The notes below the pieces were generated by a model. The model did not search any database, was not told the origin of the DNA, and saw nothing but the letters and a program-made list of their open reading frames with translations. Both the position numbers and the translations under genes were made by a program. A stretch of DNA of 64,000 nucleotides from positions 400,606 through 464,605 of IMG/VR virus record IMGVR_UViG_3300023174_000033. One strand, 5' to 3'. Position 1 is the stretch's first letter, and each line of letters opens with the position of its first letter. This document shows positions 62,169 to 64,000 of the stretch, piece after piece.

Positions 62169-64000
62169 TCTTACATACTCAACTGCATTTGTAGTAGCAT
62201 TTAAATAAAGATATGTACTACCAACTGGATAACCATTTAATTGTGTTATTGCTATAAGTGCTGCCGACCTATTAGAAAATTCTCGAATAGATTGATTTGA
62301 TATAGCAAAAACATTATCATTTCCGGTATACCCAGTCATACTAAAAGTTTGATATCCAGCATTTGGTCCTATAAAAACACCCCCATCTTTTGTATTATTT
62401 TTACCAGCATCTTGCCCGAGTTGTAAAACATCATCACCAGTATTATTAAAACCAGCGTTTTTTCCAAGTTGTAAAACATTGTTTCCGCTATTTTGAGACC
62501 CAGCATAGTAACCTATTTGAACCACATCATTACCACCCCCACCAGCACCAACGCCTATCTGAACTGAATTGTCGCCTGTGAAAACACCCCCACCAGCACC
62601 AGCGCCTATCTGAATAGCAGATTGCCCAACATTAAAGCCTCCAGCAGAATCACCAATTTGAACTACACCACCAGCACTATTATTCTGACCAGCACCATAA
62701 CCCAGTTGAATTGAATTTCCTCCGGTATTATTGTACCCAGCATTGTAACCTATTTGAACAACATAATTACCAGTATTACCAGTAAACCCCATGCCCGAGC
62801 CAGCACCAAATCCCAATTGAATAGAATAGCTGCCCATATTACGTTGTCCAGCACTTTCACCTATCTGAATCACCCCATTACCCATATTAAGATATCCAGC
62901 AGATTCAGCTATCTGAACTACACCATTACCACTATTAGCCAGACCAGCACCATTACCTAATTGAACTGCTTGATTACCGGCATTACTTGAACCAGCAGCA
63001 TAACCCAGTTGAACTGAATTGTCACCGGTATTATTTGAACCAGCAGCATAACCCAGTTGAACTGAATTGTCACCGGTATTATAAAAACCAGCTTGATATC
63101 CTATTTGAACAACATTATAACCAGTATTACCACTAAGCCCCATGCCCGATCCAGCACCAAATCCCAATTGAATAGAATAGCTGCCCGTATTATTTTGACC
63201 AGCAGATTCACCTATCTGAATCACTCCATTACCAGTTTGATTACCACCAGCGCCATTCCCAATACACACAACTCCAGTTCCAGTAGCGGTATTTAAATAT
63301 TCTGTGATTGAAATAAATGATTTACTAATATCCATTTGTAAAACAAATCCATTAATAGTATTTCCACCATCATAACCAGCTTGCAAACTAGCAGGACCTA
63401 TCGGACCTTGATATCCTTGATCACCTTGGAAACCCTGTGGGCCGTCAGGACCTTGATCACCCTGGAAACCTTGTGGGCCATCTGGGCCTTGATCACCTTG
63501 GAAACCTTGTGGGCCATCTGGGCCTTGGTCGCCTTGGAAACCTTGTGGGCCGTCAGGACCTTGGTCGCCTTGGAAACCTTGTGGGCCATCTGGACCTTGG
63601 TCACCCTGGAAACCTTGTGGGCCATCTGGACCTTGGTCACCCTGGAAACCTTGTGGGCCATCTGGACCTTGGTCACCCTGGAAACCTTGTGGGCCATCTG
63701 GGCCTTGGTCGCCTTGGAAACCTTGTGGGCCATCTGGACCTTGATCACCTTGGAAACCTTGTGGGCCATCTGGACCTTGATCACCTTGGAAACCTTGTGG
63801 GCCATCTGGACCTTGGTCGCCTTGGAAACCTTGTGGGCCATCTGGGCCTTGGTCGCCCTGGAAACCTTGTGGGCCGTCAGGTCCTTGGTCACCCTGGAAA
63901 CCTTGTGGGCCATCTGGGCCTTGGTCGCCTTGGAAACCTTGTGGGCCATCTGGACCTTGGTCACCCTGGAAACCTTGTGGGCCGTCAGGGCCTTGGTCAC
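62163..64000 (-). CDS. Collagen-like fibre with C-terminal YadA-head-like repeats, partial (5' end off the window edge)
   Basis: The [12 protein letters not shown] frame runs without a stop from 64000 into track ORF 62163..63386, which carries ~14-aa VQ(I/L)GxxAGxxNxG repeats. Confidence 0.9.
   Translation of the reverse strand, partial: DQGPDGPQGFQGDQGPDGPQGFQGDQGPDGPQGFQGDQGPDGPQGFQGDQGPDGPQGFQGDQGPDGPQGFQGDQGPDGPQGFQGDQGPDGPQGFQGDQGPDGPQGFQGDQGPDGPQGFQGDQGPDGPQGFQGDQGPDGPQGFQGDQGPDGPQGFQGDQGPDGPQGFQGDQGPDGPQGFQGDQGPDGPQGFQGDQGYQGPIGPASLQAGYDGGNTINGFVLQMDISKSFISITEYLNTATGTGVVCIGNGAGGNQTGNGVIQIGESAGQNNTGSYSIQLGFGAGSGMGLSGNTGYNVVQIGYQAGFYNTGDNSVQLGYAAGSNNTGDNSVQLGYAAGSSNAGNQAVQLGNGAGLANSGNGVVQIAESAGYLNMGNGVIQIGESAGQRNMGSYSIQLGFGAGSGMGFTGNTGNYVVQIGYNAGYNNTGGNSIQLGYGAGQNNSAGGVVQIGDSAGGFNVGQSAIQIGAGAGGGVFTGDNSVQIGVGAGGGGNDVVQIGYYAGSQNSGNNVLQLGKNAGFNNTGDDVLQLGQDAGKNNTKDGGVFIGPNAGYQTFSMTGYTGNDNVFAISNQSIREFSNRSAALIAITQLNGYPVGSTYLYLNATTNAVEYVRL
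63420..64000 (-). repeat. 36-nt coding tandem repeat ([12 protein letters not shown] x ~16)
   Basis: Head-to-tail units with synonymous variation and no spacers. Confidence 0.9.

Noticed and set aside
63420-64000. 36-nt repeats as a CRISPR array, and track ORF 63398..64000
   Set aside because: The repeats are head to tail with no spacers and vary at synonymous positions of a Gly-X-Y frame. The track ORF is a shifted frame of the collagen.
1-64000. Stop-codon reassignment (common in some large phages)
   Set aside because: Known genes (thyA, folD, rfaD, sigma) are full length in the standard code. TAG (for example 8974-8976) and TGA (ATGA overlaps) end genes normally.
1-64000. Eukaryotic giant virus or bacterial chromosome origin
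   Set aside because: BCS1-like, collagen and GT25 genes occur in NCLDV, but sigma-70, Bacteroidetes promoters, intrinsic terminators, ATGA coupling and T9SS CTDs indicate a bacterial host. Dense tiny unknown ORFs and scattered auxiliary genes argue against a chromosome. A giant non-phage extrachromosomal element is not excluded.

Overview
This AT-rich, very gene-dense window is best read as part of a large (jumbo, T4-like in organisation) phage of a Bacteroidetes host. That is an inference: no capsid, terminase or polymerase gene lies in the window. Host evidence is the recurrent Bacteroidetes TTTG-N19-20-TAnnTTTG promoters, signal peptides cleaved before Gln, and two proteins ending in type IX secretion (T9SS) C-terminal domains. 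Recognisable genes are thyA, a sigma-70 factor, an amino-DNA methyltransferase, a BCS1-like AAA ATPase, a PNK-like kinase, a divergent nucleotidyltransferase, a MazG-like pyrophosphatase, a solo receiver domain, an M43 metalloprotease, an OmpA-domain protein, two collagen-like fibres and two tRNAs. Glycan genes are three GT25 domains (one fused to FolD, one to a kinase), LicD, an IspD-like enzyme, RfaD and a methyltransferase. The least explained structure is: (1) a ~300-nt promoter- and terminator-bounded structured RNA at ~2930-3236 with a kissing loop and a pseudoknot; (2) ~15 proteins sharing an N-terminal MKYLKxFE-type tag, mostly behind an AATATATA motif, resembling the T4 capsid-targeting sequence; (3) ~32 small proteins sharing a C-terminal R-x-x-K/Q-I/L-x-x-I/L-L tag, ~19 of them in a tandem paralog array; (4) phage-encoded T9SS cargo. 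Two large genes run off the window edges (1..2223 and 62163..64000) and are missed or mis-framed by the ORF track. No database search could be run, so all family calls rest on motif recognition.
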